DNA from: the human T2T-CHM13v2.0 reference genome, Homo sapiens
Reading direction: 5' to 3' (one strand)
Assembly (NCBI RefSeq): GCF_009914755.1
Contig: NC_060929.1
DNA length: 64,000 nt
This document shows positions 13,800 through 29,375 of the stretch, one piece after another. The translations under genes were made by a program, and so were the position numbers. The number at the start of each line of letters is the position of its first letter. The stretch's first letter is position 1. A model generated the notes under the pieces. The model was given only the letters and a program-made list of their open reading frames with translations, searched no databases and was not told the origin of the DNA.

Positions 13800-15350
13800 T
13801 ATTTCTCTAGTCTCTCTCACAGCCAAGCTTTTCAAAAGACGAGTCTTCAAATGTTGTTTTCAACTTTCAGTTGACATTAATGAATTGGCTGTTTCTGAAC
13901 TCACTATTGATAACTAAGACTGCCTCTTGCCAAAGTTATCAATGACTTCCATGACACAAAACCCACTGGATGCTTTCCAATCCTTGTCATAATATGGTCT
14001 CTCCATAGCACTGGGAAACATTAATCACTCTCCTGCTTGAAACCTTTTATTTTTTTGTTTTGTTTTTTTGCCCTTGGCTCTATGACACAGTTTTTGGAGT
14101 TTTGCTTATACCCTCTGGCCACTCCTTCAATCACCTTTTTATCTCCTTTTCTGTACACCCTTAGGACTTAAGTTAAGGACTCTCTTTTAATCTCACTTTA
14201 TATTCTCTCCCTTAGCCATCTTATCAATTTCTGTAGCTTTGAACACTCTATATATTCTCTACATACCATCCTGTAACATATACTGCATACAATGTATATA
14301 ATATAGAATAGCCAGGTACCTACATAAGAATATCAATCACATTGTCAATCACAGTATTACAATAGTTCAAACTGAACTGAGGATCTTAACTCTCACTTTA
14401 CACCCTTATAACCTCCTATTTCAGTAAATAATACATTATCCAATCAATTACTTTTGCCAGAAACTTCCTTCTTATTTACCCTTTCACTGTGCTATAAATG
14501 GAAAGTTTGTCCCCGCCCCAACCTCCCCCAATTTCATTTGTTGAAACCTAATTGCAAAAGGGAGTACATTTGGAGGTGAGGCCTTTGGTGCTTAAGTCAT
14601 GAGGGTGAAGCCCTCATAAATGAGTTTATAGCCTTTATAAAAAGAAATTCCAGATACTCCCTTGACCTTTCCACCACGTAAAGACACAGTGAAAAGACAG
14701 CCATCTATGAACCAGGAAGTGGGCTCTTGCCAGACACTGGATCTGACAGTGCCTTGATCTTGGACTTCTCAGCCTTCAGAACTGTGAGAAATAAATTTCC
14801 GTTGTTTATAGACCATCTAGTTGATGCTGTTTTGTTATAGCAGCCTGAAGAAACTAAGACATGCTGCCACATTTAATCCATCACCAAATCCTATTGATTC
14901 TAGCTCTTAAGTATATCTGGACATCTATCTACTTTGTTTGTTACTCTTACCTGGGACCCGACTGCTATCACCTCTTGCCCATACTGGTACTAGCTTTCTA
15001 AGTAGTATTTCCATTCCACTCTTGTCCCACTTCAATTGATTCTCTACATAATGGAATGATCTTTTGAAAATTCCCTTGCCTAAACCATTTTGGTGGCTTT
15101 TGATCATAGTAAGAAGAACACCCAAATGTCCCTGTTATTGCCTCAAGGCTCTGTGTAGTTGGCCTCCCACCTACCTCTTTAGCCTAATCTTTTTCCTTCT
15201 CTGGCGTCCCCCTTGTACTCTGGCTTTAGCCACATTGACTTTTTCTGAGTTCCTCAAACATACCATGCTTTTTCCAGCTGAGGAATTTCACACATGTTGT
15301 TTCTTCTGCCTGGGGAGTTCTCATCCCAATTTTCTGTCTGGGTAACTTCT
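13800..15350 (+). mobile_element. L2 element interrupted by an MLT1 LTR
   Basis: L2-like text (ccaaagttatcaatgacttcc…, aactgaactgaggatc…) resumes after the LTR with atccatcaccaaatcctattgattc. Confidence 0.6.
14488..14861 (+). mobile_element. MLT1A/B-like MaLR solo LTR
   Basis: tgtgctataaatgg…gccatctatgaaccaggaagtggg…gccttgatcttggacttctcagccttcagaactgtgagaaataaatt…tttgttatagcagcctgaagaaactaagaca. Confidence 0.85.
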
Positions 15351-15454
15351 CCTCAACGCTCCCCTCAAGCCTGTTATATCGTTAAAAAGGGATTCATTAT
15401 ATCTCTTCCTCCTCCTAATTTATACCAGACCCTCCATTTTGCTTTTCTGCCACT

Positions 15455-16280
15455 TGTCAACTTATTGCTTCTCAGCTCCAAATTCACCCCTCGATATATA
15501 CTCTGCAATAATAGGCAGAATTATTCTACATAGTTCTTCTTAATAGAAAGCATGATGCTAAGATTTCTTAGCAGAGGAGGCTAGAGGAACATTGCAAGTG
15601 GGAGGGGTGCTCCTGCTCTTTCCATCTGCTGCAGGGTGGATGTGTGGACATTAAGGGGTGCTTTGTCCCAGCCATGCACCCAGAATGCACAGTCTCTCTG
15701 AGACCTTGCGCCTCTCACATGGTCTGGAAATCATCTTTCTGTGACCCTTTCAGTATAGGCATTCTATACTCCAGGTCTCCTGCCTGCCAGTGCAGGTGGA
15801 GTGATTCTCTCTGCTCATCTCTTGTCTCTCCTATGTTTTTCTCTTGCAGTCCTTCCTATACTACCACCTCCCAACAGGGCCTTTCTAACAGGAACACCTC
15901 ATCTTCCAGGCCTCTTGCTACATGGACATCCTCATTCTCATTGCAAACCCATGCACCAGCCACCAGCTGAGGTTTGCCTGACCCATCTGTGCCCTAACGG
16001 ATTGCTTCTTGTTTGCCCTGTGACTGCAGACTAACCCTGGCCTGGAAAATCTGCTGCCCTGCCATCCAGTGGATTCAAGGACAGCTCTCCCATGAGATCT
16101 GAATTCCCAGCCTCTGAGAAGTATCTCCCTTCTAGGTCTGTCCTTTGGACATGCTCCCTTGGTACCATATACAGTTTCTTTTATATTTTATGGTTATTCT
16201 TTTATTATAGTTTAATAACTCTTTATATGAAATTCTCCCTGTTTAAAGCACTGAGTGATTCTAGTTCTTGATTGGATCTA
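15455..16280 (+). mobile_element. Old ERVL-class solo LTR (LTR33/LTR41-like)
   Basis: Starts tgtcaacttattgcttctcagctccaaattcaccc and ends …aataactcttta…ttcttgattggatc. Subfamily uncertain. Confidence 0.55.
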
Positions 16281-16745
16281 GATTGCTACAATTCTCTTTT
16301 CCCTCCCTTTAATTTTACTTATAGTACTAATCACAACTGCATATTTTGTGAATCTGTTTCTTAATATCAGTCTCTTCCATGGAATTATAAGCACAAACAG
16401 GGCAGGCACTGTGTCTGTTCTGTTGTCTTCCCAGCGCTTAACATAATGCCTGGCTTTTAAAAAGTACTCAATAAATATTTGTTGCATGACTGAATACTGT
16501 ATGGTTGAGTTCATTTTCTGCTCATTTATTCTGTTATCTTCTTCTTATGCACCATTAACTACTCTCAGTCATTGCTATCTATTCTGATGATCAGACATAA
16601 TGTATTCTGAAACCTGTAGCCCCAAAGGGTGTCTGATTTTGGCTCTTTATAAACAAAATAAAGCTGTACTTTTATATTCTCCCATCTCTGCATTAAAACC
16701 TCATGTGTTTCTGGGTCATAATGGGGACTTTAAATGAAAATAAAG

Positions 16746-17089
<344 letters not shown>

Positions 17090-17552
17090 CTATAGTGGTA
17101 ATGATGGTCTCAACTGCAGTTACTCACAATAGTTTTTTTCTTAGCTATGTTCAAATCATAAGATCCACATCTCTTTTCCAAAAAAGACTAGCAGCTAAAA
17201 ACTATATATTTTAACTCCAACTACTAATACCACTACAGTTCTAATTTTTCACATAAATTCCACCCCAGGATTCATCCGCTCAAATCCCTGCAGGGCCTGG
17301 TGGGTAATTTAAATGACTGGGCTCAGTGTAAGGAAATGAGGAGTAGTAGGGATTATGGCAAATTGGCGAGCACATGCTTCACCTGAGCGCATTTAATTAA
17401 AAAATGTATAAAAACACTGTGCTAGCCAAGCATAACATCTGCAGACAGCACCAGTCCTGTGACTGCCACCTGGCAAACCCAGACCTAAAACACTGCTCCA
17501 GAAACCCTTCTGAGTTTCAAGAACCAGGAATCTTAAAATATGGGGTGCTTGA

Positions 17553-17988
<436 letters not shown>

Positions 17989-18587
17989 TAATCTCAGAAT
18001 AAAGAAAAACCCATTCCAAGAAGAACAATTGGCAAGATTACGTTAGTTATTTTTATTTTTATCTTTTGACTATAAATGGGAATAAACTTGGTTATGATAC
18101 TCACCCAAGTTACAAATTAGAATTACTTTAAAAGTTTGAAAAAGATCCTATAATTTCCAGGACCCCACTCTTGGAGACTCAGCAAGTAAGGGAGAAGCAA
18201 ACAGCTTGCATGTGTACTTTGGAAAACTCCTCAGGAGGCTTCTGAAAGCCTACCCAGGTGGAAAACTTCTGGTCTGTTCACTTTAATACTCCGAACACAG
18301 AGACCAAGGACAGACCATCCTTTCGCATCCTGATTGGAGAGAATCCTATTCTCCTGCCCTGGAGGCAGACAAAGTTTTTCAAAGTAGCTGTATGGCTCAC
18401 ATTGCCATGAAAGGGAGAACACTTCACGGTCTATGTCACAAGTAATTCATAATCTAGAAGTAGAAAGTTTTCACAATAATTTCACAATAATGAGGAATAA
18501 TAGGCAAAATTATTCCTCATTTTAAAGAAGTATCGATTTCTTTATTGATGTATTCCTTCCTTTGTGCCAGAAAGGAATTAAGGTTAT

Positions 18588-18665
18588 TTATATACGTGTG
18601 TGTGTATATATGTGTATGTATATATGTGTGCGTGTGTGTGTGTGTGTATGTATTTATCTATATCT
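18588..18665. repeat. Compound (TG/TA)n microsatellite
   Basis: Directly visible. Confidence 0.85.
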
Positions 18666-18946
18666 TTATTATATCTGCAGCTTAAAATTAAGATACTAGG
18701 GCAATGCAAAATAAAGGCAAAAAAAATAAGATTGTATCATGAGTGAGGTAAACAATCAAAACTGCTGTGAACACTCATTAGAGGTGGGTCACAAATGTGA
18801 CCCAGAGTTGTTAGATGAGAGAGGAGGAGGTCCTGGAGGAGGGAGTCTACTCAGCTCCCATAAGCTGTTGCTAGGGAATTTTTCAAGAGAAGTTAGAAAC
18901 TGAGATTTCTATGTGAAAGCTCTGTTTTTTATAATGTTTGCATCTA

Positions 18947-19345
<399 letters not shown>

Positions 19346-19932
19346 TCAGGCCCCAGCCCCACCCTAGACTTGCTGAATTAGAAACATCTAGGAGGAGAAC
19401 TGAGTCTGCATATCTTGAGAAAGCTCTCTAGGAGATTCCAACTTTTACCTGTAGTTAGAAATCACTGCTTTAATGAAATCTGGGAAATGAAAAAAGGTAT
19501 TTCAGGCCGCTTCTCTGGTACTCTGCTTCAGAAGCTGTAATGACATCCAAGCCCTGTTGCTTGGACAACAGTGCCCAGGTACTGATTGTGCCCCACTTTG
19601 ATTTCTCTAGGGTACTAGATATGTAGTTCAGTTCTTAGATTTTGGCTTTGATAAGAAGTTTTCACAGAGGATCTGAAAGTAAGAATAAACAAGATAGAAA
19701 TGCACGTGCCAGCCTCGATTTATGCAGCAGCAGAGAAAATAGATTACAATTCTCTGAGCTTCTAAAGAAGAAAAAGTTCCTGAGAAGTCACAGGAGAGAA
19801 CACTGCTTTCAAAATCCTAGAATATGGTACCTTACAAGACAATACTTTGGTCATGGAATGGTCTATGTGACCAGTACTTTCTGAGATTTCTTGTTCTTAC
19901 TCTGTCAGCCCTCAGCCCTCCCCTCAGTTTAC

Positions 19933-20111
19933 CTTGTTATGTTTGTAATAGTAGAGGCATCCATCATACTTCAGCACAAACCACCTCTTTCTCCAACCCT
20001 TCACGATCCCGGAGTGAGTCCTCTTATATAGGTAGCCGTGGCAGGTGGGCCAAGGGGTACTGGGACAGCGGCTGATATCAGATCCTACCACCAGGGTCAA
20101 GATGTCTGTAC
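19933..20111 (-). pseudogene. PDZPH1P: 179-nt exon for the last PDZ strand plus PH strands beta1-beta3
   Basis: Acceptor atgcctctag|GT and donor AAG|gtaaac. Translation GTDILTLVVGSDISRCPSTPWPTCHGYLYKRTHSGIVKGWRKRWFVLKYDGCLYYYKHNK contains the PH motif GYLxK...W(K/R)xRWFVL...LYYY. Confidence 0.9.
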
Positions 20112-23087
20112 CTAGAGGCATGCATTTGGAATAGTTCAGTGGCTGAAAATCTTACAATCAACTGGAAAGACTGTTACTAAAGAATGGATGAGAAAAAAGT
20201 TATAGTTTTTTATAAGTGGAATGAAATAGAATCCTACAGTTGGAATGAACCAAAGAGTTCCTCAGTAATTCAAATGTTCAAGTAATGCAATGTTTGAGGA
20301 AAATGAAAACTGGAGAGGTAAAGTGACTTCACTGAGGACCCCTAGCCCATAAGGTGATGAATGAAATCTGGGACCCAGGTTTCCTGACTTCTAGTGCAGA
20401 ACTCTTTCCATTCAACCACACAGCCATGTTTGTTCTGGTTATGAGCTCCTTAAGTCTGTTCATTTTCACCGTTTATAATAATCAAGCTAAATCTTTAAAC
20501 AGACTTTGATTTACTTCCTGAGGAGAAGGATGAGTGATGCTTAGCTACCTTTCTACCTTACTTTTGACTTAGGTTAGCCAAAGGCAGGATCTAAGTCACT
20601 GCTTATAACTATTGCCAATATTGTCTCTGATAAAAATCAATGACAAACCTTTGAACTTGCAAATAGACAGAAGTTCTAGGCAGGGCAAGCTACAAATGTT
20701 TCTTTTTCCTTTTCTCCCCCTTTTTCTTGCCTATTCAACATAGTGCCAAGGGTTAAACCTTGAGCTTCCTGATTCCTGTCTTGTCTTTTATAGAATGCCT
20801 TATTTGGTGCCTGGACACTAGTGGCACCCCTTTCCCAAAGGATCGGCATGGTATAGCCTGGGGGAAAATTGTCCCTATCCCTGTTAATATGAGGTCACTG
20901 TTTACCCACTATGCTTTGATGCTGCAGCGTGGACACAGGCTTTTATTGTACACCTACTTCTTGATGCTTCTAGAAAATTCTCTGAATGTCACTCAGACAG
21001 ATAGCAACCCTGACATGCTTTGAAGACTGCAAATGGGATATGACTTCATTTACAGTTCCTCTGAGAGGACGGCCACATCCCTGAAGGAGGACAGTTGGCC
21101 TTGGCAGTGCTGACTTCATCATGATGTCTGACATTGAGATTACCGATCTGTTTAGAGCTGTCTATGGAAATGGGGGTCAGCAAGGAGACTCCTCTTCTAT
21201 AAATGACAAGCTCCAACCCAGGGGATCATTCCTGGCTGAGCCACATGGCCCTGAAAATAAAGATTTGTCCCAGAAAGGCTGACACAGTCTTAACTTTAGC
21301 AGCACGCAAAGCACCTTCGTAATTAAATAACTCTCTGTGTGTCAAGATAATTCTTCATTGCCATGTAAATACATTTTAATTTATTGAACTGCCCTTAAGC
21401 TCCTGTCAAAAACACATGCAGAAAAATGAGAAGAAACGCTCCAGATTGACCGGCAACCCACAAATGTCTTTGTCTTTGGACTTCAGTCCCCAAAGAACTG
21501 CACGCCTGGACTAATATGCATAGCTGACACATCTGCCAATTTATTTATGTACTGCTGCAGTGGGCTGCCCCTTGAGGTCGTTTTCCTTTTGCTTACACAG
21601 ACTGCCTGTGGGTTTCTCTGATACTGATCAGGCTAAGCTTGTGTTTCAGCCCGGCCATAAACATAACTTAGTGCACCACAAAACATTCTCTCTGGGGCAG
21701 GGATACAGATGGCCCTGCTGAAGCATGGTGTCATCATATTAGAGGAAAGTTTTTCACATTCAGAGTTAAGACATGATCCCGATGCATGGGGACTTGCTGG
21801 CTTCTAAACAGCTGTCGGGAATAGTGGTTTTATACTTATAAACAGGTCCTATCGGGGGCCCAGGGCACTTGGGCCTGACATTCACAGAGAAGTTTGATTT
21901 CAGACTTTAGACTTCTGATATTATCTTCAAATGAGGTTATTTGTATAGTCATTGTAATTTCTGTGTGTTAACCAAACTGTCAAGTACAAACATTTAAAAC
22001 CTCCTGGTTTTGTTACTATTTATTAACTTACTGGGACCCTAACATATGGAAGTGCCTTAGTTTACTGTTTCTCAAACTAAATGTAGATGCCAGTTAGCTG
22101 ATGGGTCTGTTGAACTGCATATCCTCATTCTGTAGGCCTGGCATGAGACCTGAGAGTCTGTGTCGTAACAAGTTCTCAGGTGATGTCAGACCACAGTTTC
22201 AGTCCCAAGTCCCTAGGCATCCCTGTTTCTGAGAGCCTCTGCTCATTAGCACAGTCTTTGCCACCAACCATATTTCTTCTTTGCCTTAACTGTGATTTAG
22301 TTTCCCATCTGCTTTCATTTTCAGTTGTAGCATTTTTCAGCAACAGAATTATTAGGTTTTCCCCAACCGGCACTTTTTTCTCTAAGTATCTCCCCACTTT
22401 GGAGAAAAGAAACATATAACCATTGCCTTTCTCTTCTGGACATCCCCAAAATCTTGCTTGCTTTTGCAGGGAGCGTGGGAGGATGTGGGTAGGTAAATGT
22501 CTACAGCCTGAGGTGAAGGAGTCAAGAGAACTATTAGTTTCATGAGATGAAAGAGTTTGAAAACCCACATTTTTAGAGAATCCAGTTATTTGGTGATGAT
22601 GTCCTTAAAAAATAAAAGCTGTACAGCAAACTCTTCTTCCCTAGCACTTTGGTCTAGAGTTTTGAAAGTAAAGAATTGTGGGTGAGATTATTTACAGCTA
22701 CAGGAAAGAGAAAAATGATTTCTTTTTCTAATTCACACTTTCTCCTTGGATCATAGTCTTCTTATTATGTCACCAATCTTAAACTGTGTCACAGTCTCAC
22801 CTCTGCTGTCAGGCAAACTCCACCACCGTCGCAGATGCAGGTGAGAAATGTACAAGACGTGTACTTTCCCGAGGGTTTGCACTGTGCTCAGTAGCTGAGG
22901 ACCTGCACTCCAGAGGTGCTTCTGTATTTGGTTTTATTAAAGCCTGCACTTAGTGAAACAAGGAAGCCCTATGGAAGCAAAGAACTTCCAGGTTGATTAA
23001 ACCTCACTGTTTACCATTACTCTCTTATTGGTGATTAAATCTTCCATTTGATTCTGCAAATAACCAGCCCTTATAAAAGCCAAAACC

Positions 23088-23404
<317 letters not shown>

Positions 23405-24666
23405 TCACAATGTGACACCAAGTGCTTTTTTAAGTCTCCAGTTTAGCTTTTCCCATCTGCAAAACAAAGGTAATTTGTACAGGTATGTGTGACTAGTATT
23501 TTTGAATAGTATTTTTAATTATAAAATTAGACTTTTACACATCTAGTAAATCCCCTTTTTAATGTGAGGCTAGGGAGGTAAGATAACACTTGCCTCAGAG
23601 GCTAACAAAACAGATTTCTAATCTTAAGGCTGTAATCTTTTGGCCATGCCTCTAAGATGTGGAGCTGTGCTGGGTTGGGTGTGAGAGAATTGCCAGGGAG
23701 GGTTGATTAAAATTACAAATGTGCAATCACCACCAGGAATTCTGCATTTAAAAGAGTTTCCAGGCGAGTCTGACATACAGCTGAATTTAGGATTCAATGT
23801 TCTGGGAAAAGTGATTTGCTGTTCATAAATCTAAATCAGTAAAGTAGCAACCAGTAGTAGGATAGGATTTTACCGAGTTTTAAATACATAGGAATGAGTT
23901 TGTACAAAAATATATAGTGGTCAAAAAGATATCAGTTAGACTTTCAGGACGTTTATGCAAACAGAAATGAGAGGCAGGTGGAAATATTTAGATTTCTAAA
24001 TGAGCTCTTAATAAATACTTCAAAATTTGTATTCCAAGACCTCCATATGACACATGAATTTAACAAAAGATTCTATTCATTGTGTCTTGATTATTGCTTT
24101 CTTCAGACAAGTTGATAGCTTTCCTTCCCAAAGAGAACCCTCAAAAGTTTGTTTCAAATTCTGTATTTTCCGGAAAATACCCTGACCATTTATAGAATTG
24201 TTAACAAAATTAAATATGTAAAGAAAGCACTACATAAAATTTTAATTATTCCTTTTATTTCTTCCTTTTCTCTTCCTCCTCAGTTTCATAGTCATGTATA
24301 TTTTTCTCAGAGGCCCAGTGCTTCTCAGTAATCCTGCGATGTTTTTCCTTTTTTTCACCATTACTGCCTATAAATTTTAGAAGATGGAGAAAGCTAAAAT
24401 CATGTAGGGTGAGTCCCCATCCCTGGAGGCATTCCTTTGTTGCTTTGGACTCAGATGCAGATCGTTGAGTGAATCATAACACTGGGGCTTGGCGCAGGAT
24501 AGCCTTTAGAGTACAAGTCTCCCTTTTTGCTTTGTTTTACTCTATTTTCTCCTCACATGTTTTGTTTCCCATAATAGGCATTCACAAAATGTATTTGATG
24601 TAGAAATATGGCACACTATTTTGTGTATCTTTTACTTTTATGTGCATGGTATCATGCTAAGACCAA

Positions 24667-24950
24667 CCTCCCTCCTTCCCTCCTTCCCTTCCTCCCTCCC
24701 TTCCTCCGTCTCTCCTTTCCTCCCTTCTTTCCTCCCTCCTTCCTTCCTTTCCTCCCTCCTTTCCTCCCTCCCTCCTTCTTTCCCTCTCTCCTTTCTCCCT
24801 CCTCCTTCCCTCCCTCCCTCCTTCCTTCCTTCCCTCCCTCCTTCCTTCCCTCCCTCCTCCTTCATTCTCCCTCCTTCCCTCTCTTCCTCCCTCCTTCCTT
24901 CCCACCACCCTTCTCACCACCCACCTTCTCTCTCCCTTTCTCTCTTTTTC
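24667..24950 (+). repeat. (CCTT/CCCT)n polypyrimidine tract
   Basis: About 280 bp made almost entirely of C and T. It is the source of the P/S/F/L-rich and E/G/R/K-rich ORFs. Confidence 0.95.
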
Positions 24951-24954
24951 AATT

Positions 24955-27480
24955 CAAAAATCATGTTTTAAAAATCTATCCATGGTGCCAGCTAAATGCA
25001 TATCTTGTATATTGTTTCAAAATGAGGCACAGAAGTTCAGAGTATGCATCCATTATGGCTTACTTATCTATTCCCCTAGAGATGGGCACCTAGATTGCTT
25101 CTGATTCCTCTCGACCACAGAGAACACTGCAATGAATGCCCTTATATGTGGCCACTCAATGGTTTCTTTGGGCTTATCTGCCCCAAAATGCAACTGCTAG
25201 GACATGATTTATAAGTGCTTCACTAGATGCTACCAGATTGCTCTCTGAAATGCCTATAACCCAACAAGAGTGTATGAGTATACTTATGTACTTATATCTG
25301 TATATCCTTGTCAAAGCTGGCTGTTATCTGATTTTCTAATATATTTTCTTTCCTAATCTAGTGGATCTAAAATATTATCTTGTTGCTAATATGCATTTCT
25401 CTGATTACTAACAAAGTTATTCTCCAACAATTTATTTTACTGACACTACGTTTTAACTTTAAAATTGAGGTCTTTAATATAGTTGAATCCACCTTTGTAT
25501 ATGGTATAAAATGGAAGGTACAATGTATGAAGGTATGAATTCAACTTATTTTCTATAAAAAATCCCCATTGTATTATGGTGCTACTTTATCATATGTCAT
25601 TTTAGTAAACATTTGAGTATGTTTCTGAGATTTCAAGTCCATTCTATTCCACTGGGCTATCATCTGTTCCTATGAGAGTGCCATATTTTTTTAAATTATG
25701 GTTTCATAATATACCTTAACATCTGGTATGAAAAGTTCCTTTGTCATTGTTTGCTGTATTCACAAATGACATAGCTATTTGAAGACATTTATTTTCTACA
25801 CATGTTTGTGGATAAGTGTGACAAGTTACTCAAAAATTTATAAAATGTTATTGGAATTCAACTGAATTTTTAGATTAATTTTGTGAGAATTAAAATCTTT
25901 ACAGATTTTTTTCACCCATAAATATACTCTACATTTCCAGTTATTTAGATCATCTTTTATGTACCTGGATTAAGTTGAATTGGTCAGAACTTTTGATGTT
26001 AGGACAAACAAAGGTTGTTATAATCAGCATTGTTCTTCTGAATCTTAAAACAAGTTTCTCCATTAAATGTTTTTGTTCCTGTTTATGTACTTTTATTTAT
26101 GATTAGGTTTTTAGTAGATAGTCTTTATCAGGTTATGAAAGGAAACTGTTGTTTCTACTATTTAGGGGATTTAAATACAAACACACACGTACATACTGCA
26201 CTTTATTAAATGATTATTTTGCACTATTGAGACAATCATGATTTTTTTCTTCATACTAACGAAGAATTGCATTAAAATTTTTTTGTGATTATATGGGTAT
26301 AAACTTTAGTTGATTATGATATACTACACGTATTTTTAATAAAAAGTTTGATTTAGGTATTTACCATTTTCATTAGAATTTGTATATCTATACGTAAATA
26401 GAATGGATATATTATTTTTCATAATATGTTTATCTGGTTCTGAAATCAAGGTTACAGTAGCCTCATAGAGTTAGCTGAATAGTCATTCACTGTTTTCTGG
26501 AAAAACCATATAGAATAGGGGTTATTTGTTGTTTGAAAGTCGGATAGGTCTCCCCTATAAAAATGAGGAGACTAGTATCCTGGGCTTTTGAATGGGAGAT
26601 GGGGTGGGGATGGAAATGGGAAAGAGATGAAGTGGTGTCTTTGTTTATTCTATCAATATGTTTAATTATGATAGCCTGCAGATTGTCTATTCTTGCACTA
26701 ATTTAAGCACTCTAAATGCTTCTAGAAAATGTTTTTATTTATCTAGCTTTAAAGTTTATTATTCTACAGTTGTTCAAAGTAGTATTTTATTATTTCAAAA
26801 ACCATGTGTGTTTTTCCCTTTTACTTTGTTATTCTCTATTTTGTCTATTTACTTCTTTTTCTCTTTTTCCTATTTATCAGTGATGCAAGAGATTTATCTG
26901 TGTTGTGAATCTTTTGAAAGAACCAGCTGTTAATTTTATTAGTATGCTGTATTTTTCTTTTAATTCCCGATGTCAGTAATTTTATCCTGTACTTATTTTT
27001 TATTTCTTTTTGATTTCTTTGTGTTTATTCTATGGCTTTTTTCCCCTAACTTATTGAGTTGAAACTTCATTCACTGAATTTAAATTTTTCTTGCTTTTGA
27101 TGAAGATATTTTAAGTATAAATTCCCTCTAAACACTATTCAGTTATATTCTATAAATTTAACATGTATTGTTTTCACTGTTACCCTGTTTTAAATGGTAT
27201 AATAATTCTCAGAGGCATTAACAAAAATTTAAGCCATGTAACTTTAAAGACAGTTATTCTTTTATTATTTAATTTTAATTTAATTGCATTATGGATAAAG
27301 AATATAATCTGTATGATGTTGAGTCTTTGGAATTTATTGGGGTTTCATTCATAGCCTGATACATTGTCATCTTTTATGAATGTTCCATTGTACTCAGAAA
27401 AAAAAATATGCTTTGTGGGATGTAGAATCTAGTTATTCTCTCCAAGTTCAAACTTCTTAATGCTGTTTTCAAGTTTTATA
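24955..27480 (-). mobile_element. Old degenerate L1 (L1ME/MC-like)
   Basis: T-rich strand with antisense L1 phrases (atgcatttctctgattacta, aattccctctaaacact, ttttatgaatgttccattgtactcag). Confidence 0.65.
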
Positions 27481-27489
27481 TACTGGTAC

Positions 27490-29375
27490 TTTTTTAAAAG
27501 TTTTATTTTATTGTAGTAGGAACATTTAACATATCTACCCTGTTAACAAATGTCTAACTGTACAATACGCTATTGTTGACTACAGGTACAGTGTTGTAGA
27601 ATGGATCTCTACAACATATTCATTTACATAACTAAAATTTCTTACTGGTTAGTTAGCAACTCCCCTGTCCCAGTTTACCCCTGTACCTGGCAAGCACCTT
27701 TCTATTTTTTGCCTCTATGATTTTGACTGTTTGAAATGCCATACATAAGTGGAATTATGCAGTATTTGTTCTTTTGCAATTGGCTTACTCCACTTAACAT
27801 GATGTCCTCAAGTTTCATCCATGCTGTCACATACTGCAGAATTTACTTCTTTTTAGGGCTCATAGTATTCATTTATATGTATGCATATTTTTTTAATCTA
27901 TGTTGATGGACACCGTGGTTTCCACATCTTGGCTATTATAAATAGCGCCACAGTGAACATGGGAATGCAGATATCTCTTTGAGATAGTGATTTTATTTCC
28001 TTTGCATCAATACCTAGAAGTGAGATTCCTGCATCATATGGTAGTTCTCTTTTTAATTTTTTGAGGACTTTTTCTGCTATTTTCCACAGTGGCTACAACA
28101 TTTTGCGTTCCCACCCTCAGTGTGCAAATGTTCCAATTTCCCCACATCCTCACCAACATTTGTTGTCTATTGTTTTTTTAATAGTAGTCATTCTGGTAGG
28201 TGTGTGGTGATATCTCATTAAGGTTTTGATTTGCATTTCCATGATAACTAGTAACATTGAGTATTTTTTCATATACCTATTGGACATTTGTATGTCTTCT
28301 TGGGAGAAATTCCCTAGCCTATTTTTGAATCAGGCTGTTAGTGTGTTTTTGCTATTAATTTGTATGAGTTTTTTCTATGTTTTGGAGATTAACCCCCTCA
28401 TCACAAGTTTTTTTAGTTTGATGTAGTCCCACTTGTTTATTTTTGTTTTTGTTGCCTGTGCTTTTGGTGTCATATCCAAAACGTCATTGCCAAGACCAAT
28501 ATCAAGAAACATTTATCCTATGCTTTCTTCCAGGAATTTTAAGGTTTCAGGTCTTACATTTAAGTTCTTAATCCATTTTGAGTTGATTTTTGTGTAGAAT
28601 GTAAGATAAGGATCCAATTTCATTATTTTGCATGTGGATATCCAGTTTTCTCAGCACCATCTGTTGAAGAGACTATCTTCTTCCCATTGTGTATTCTTGG
28701 CACCCCTGTCAAAGATCAGTTGACGATATATGCATAGATTTATTTCTGGGCTGTCTATTCTGTTCCATTGATCTGTCTGTCTTTATGCCAATACCATACT
28801 GCTTTGAATACTATAGTTTTGTAATATATTTTGAAATTGGGAAATGTGATGCCTCCATCTTTGCTGTTCTTTCTCAAGATTGACTTGGCTATTTGTGGCT
28901 TTTTGTGGTTCCATGACAATTTAAAATTTTTTTTATTTCTTTATAAAATCCTATTGAGGTTTTGATAGAGATGACATTGAATCTATAGCTTGCTTTGGGT
29001 AGTATGAATATTTAAATAGTATGATGTTTTCCAATCTATAAACACAGGATATCTTTCAATTGTTTGTGTCTTAATTTCTTTCATCACTGTTTTCTAGTTT
29101 TTAGTATACAAATCTGTCACTTTTTACTTAGGTTTATGCCTAAGTATTTTAATTTTTTGGTTACTATTGTAAAGGGGATTGTTTTCCTAATTCCCTTTTC
29201 AACTAGTTTGCTGTTAGTGTATAGAAACACAATTGAATTTTGTTTGTTGATTTCCTATCCTGCAATTATACTGAATTCAATTATTAGTTCGAACTGTTTT
29301 TGGCATCTTTAGGGTTTTCTATTTATAATATTGTGCTGTCTGCAAACAGGGATAATTTAACTTCTTTCTTTCTGA
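27490..29375 (-). mobile_element. L1MA/MB element (3'UTR plus 3' ORF2) nested in older L1
   Basis: Clear antisense L1 text: ttgatttgcatttcc, gttgcctgtgcttttggtgtcatatcca, gtggatatccagttttctcagcacc, tgtctgcaaacagggataattt. Confidence 0.9.

Noticed and set aside
24608-25093. Overlapping 161, 116, 87 and 75-aa ORFs
   Set aside because: These are translation artefacts of the (CCTT)n tract.
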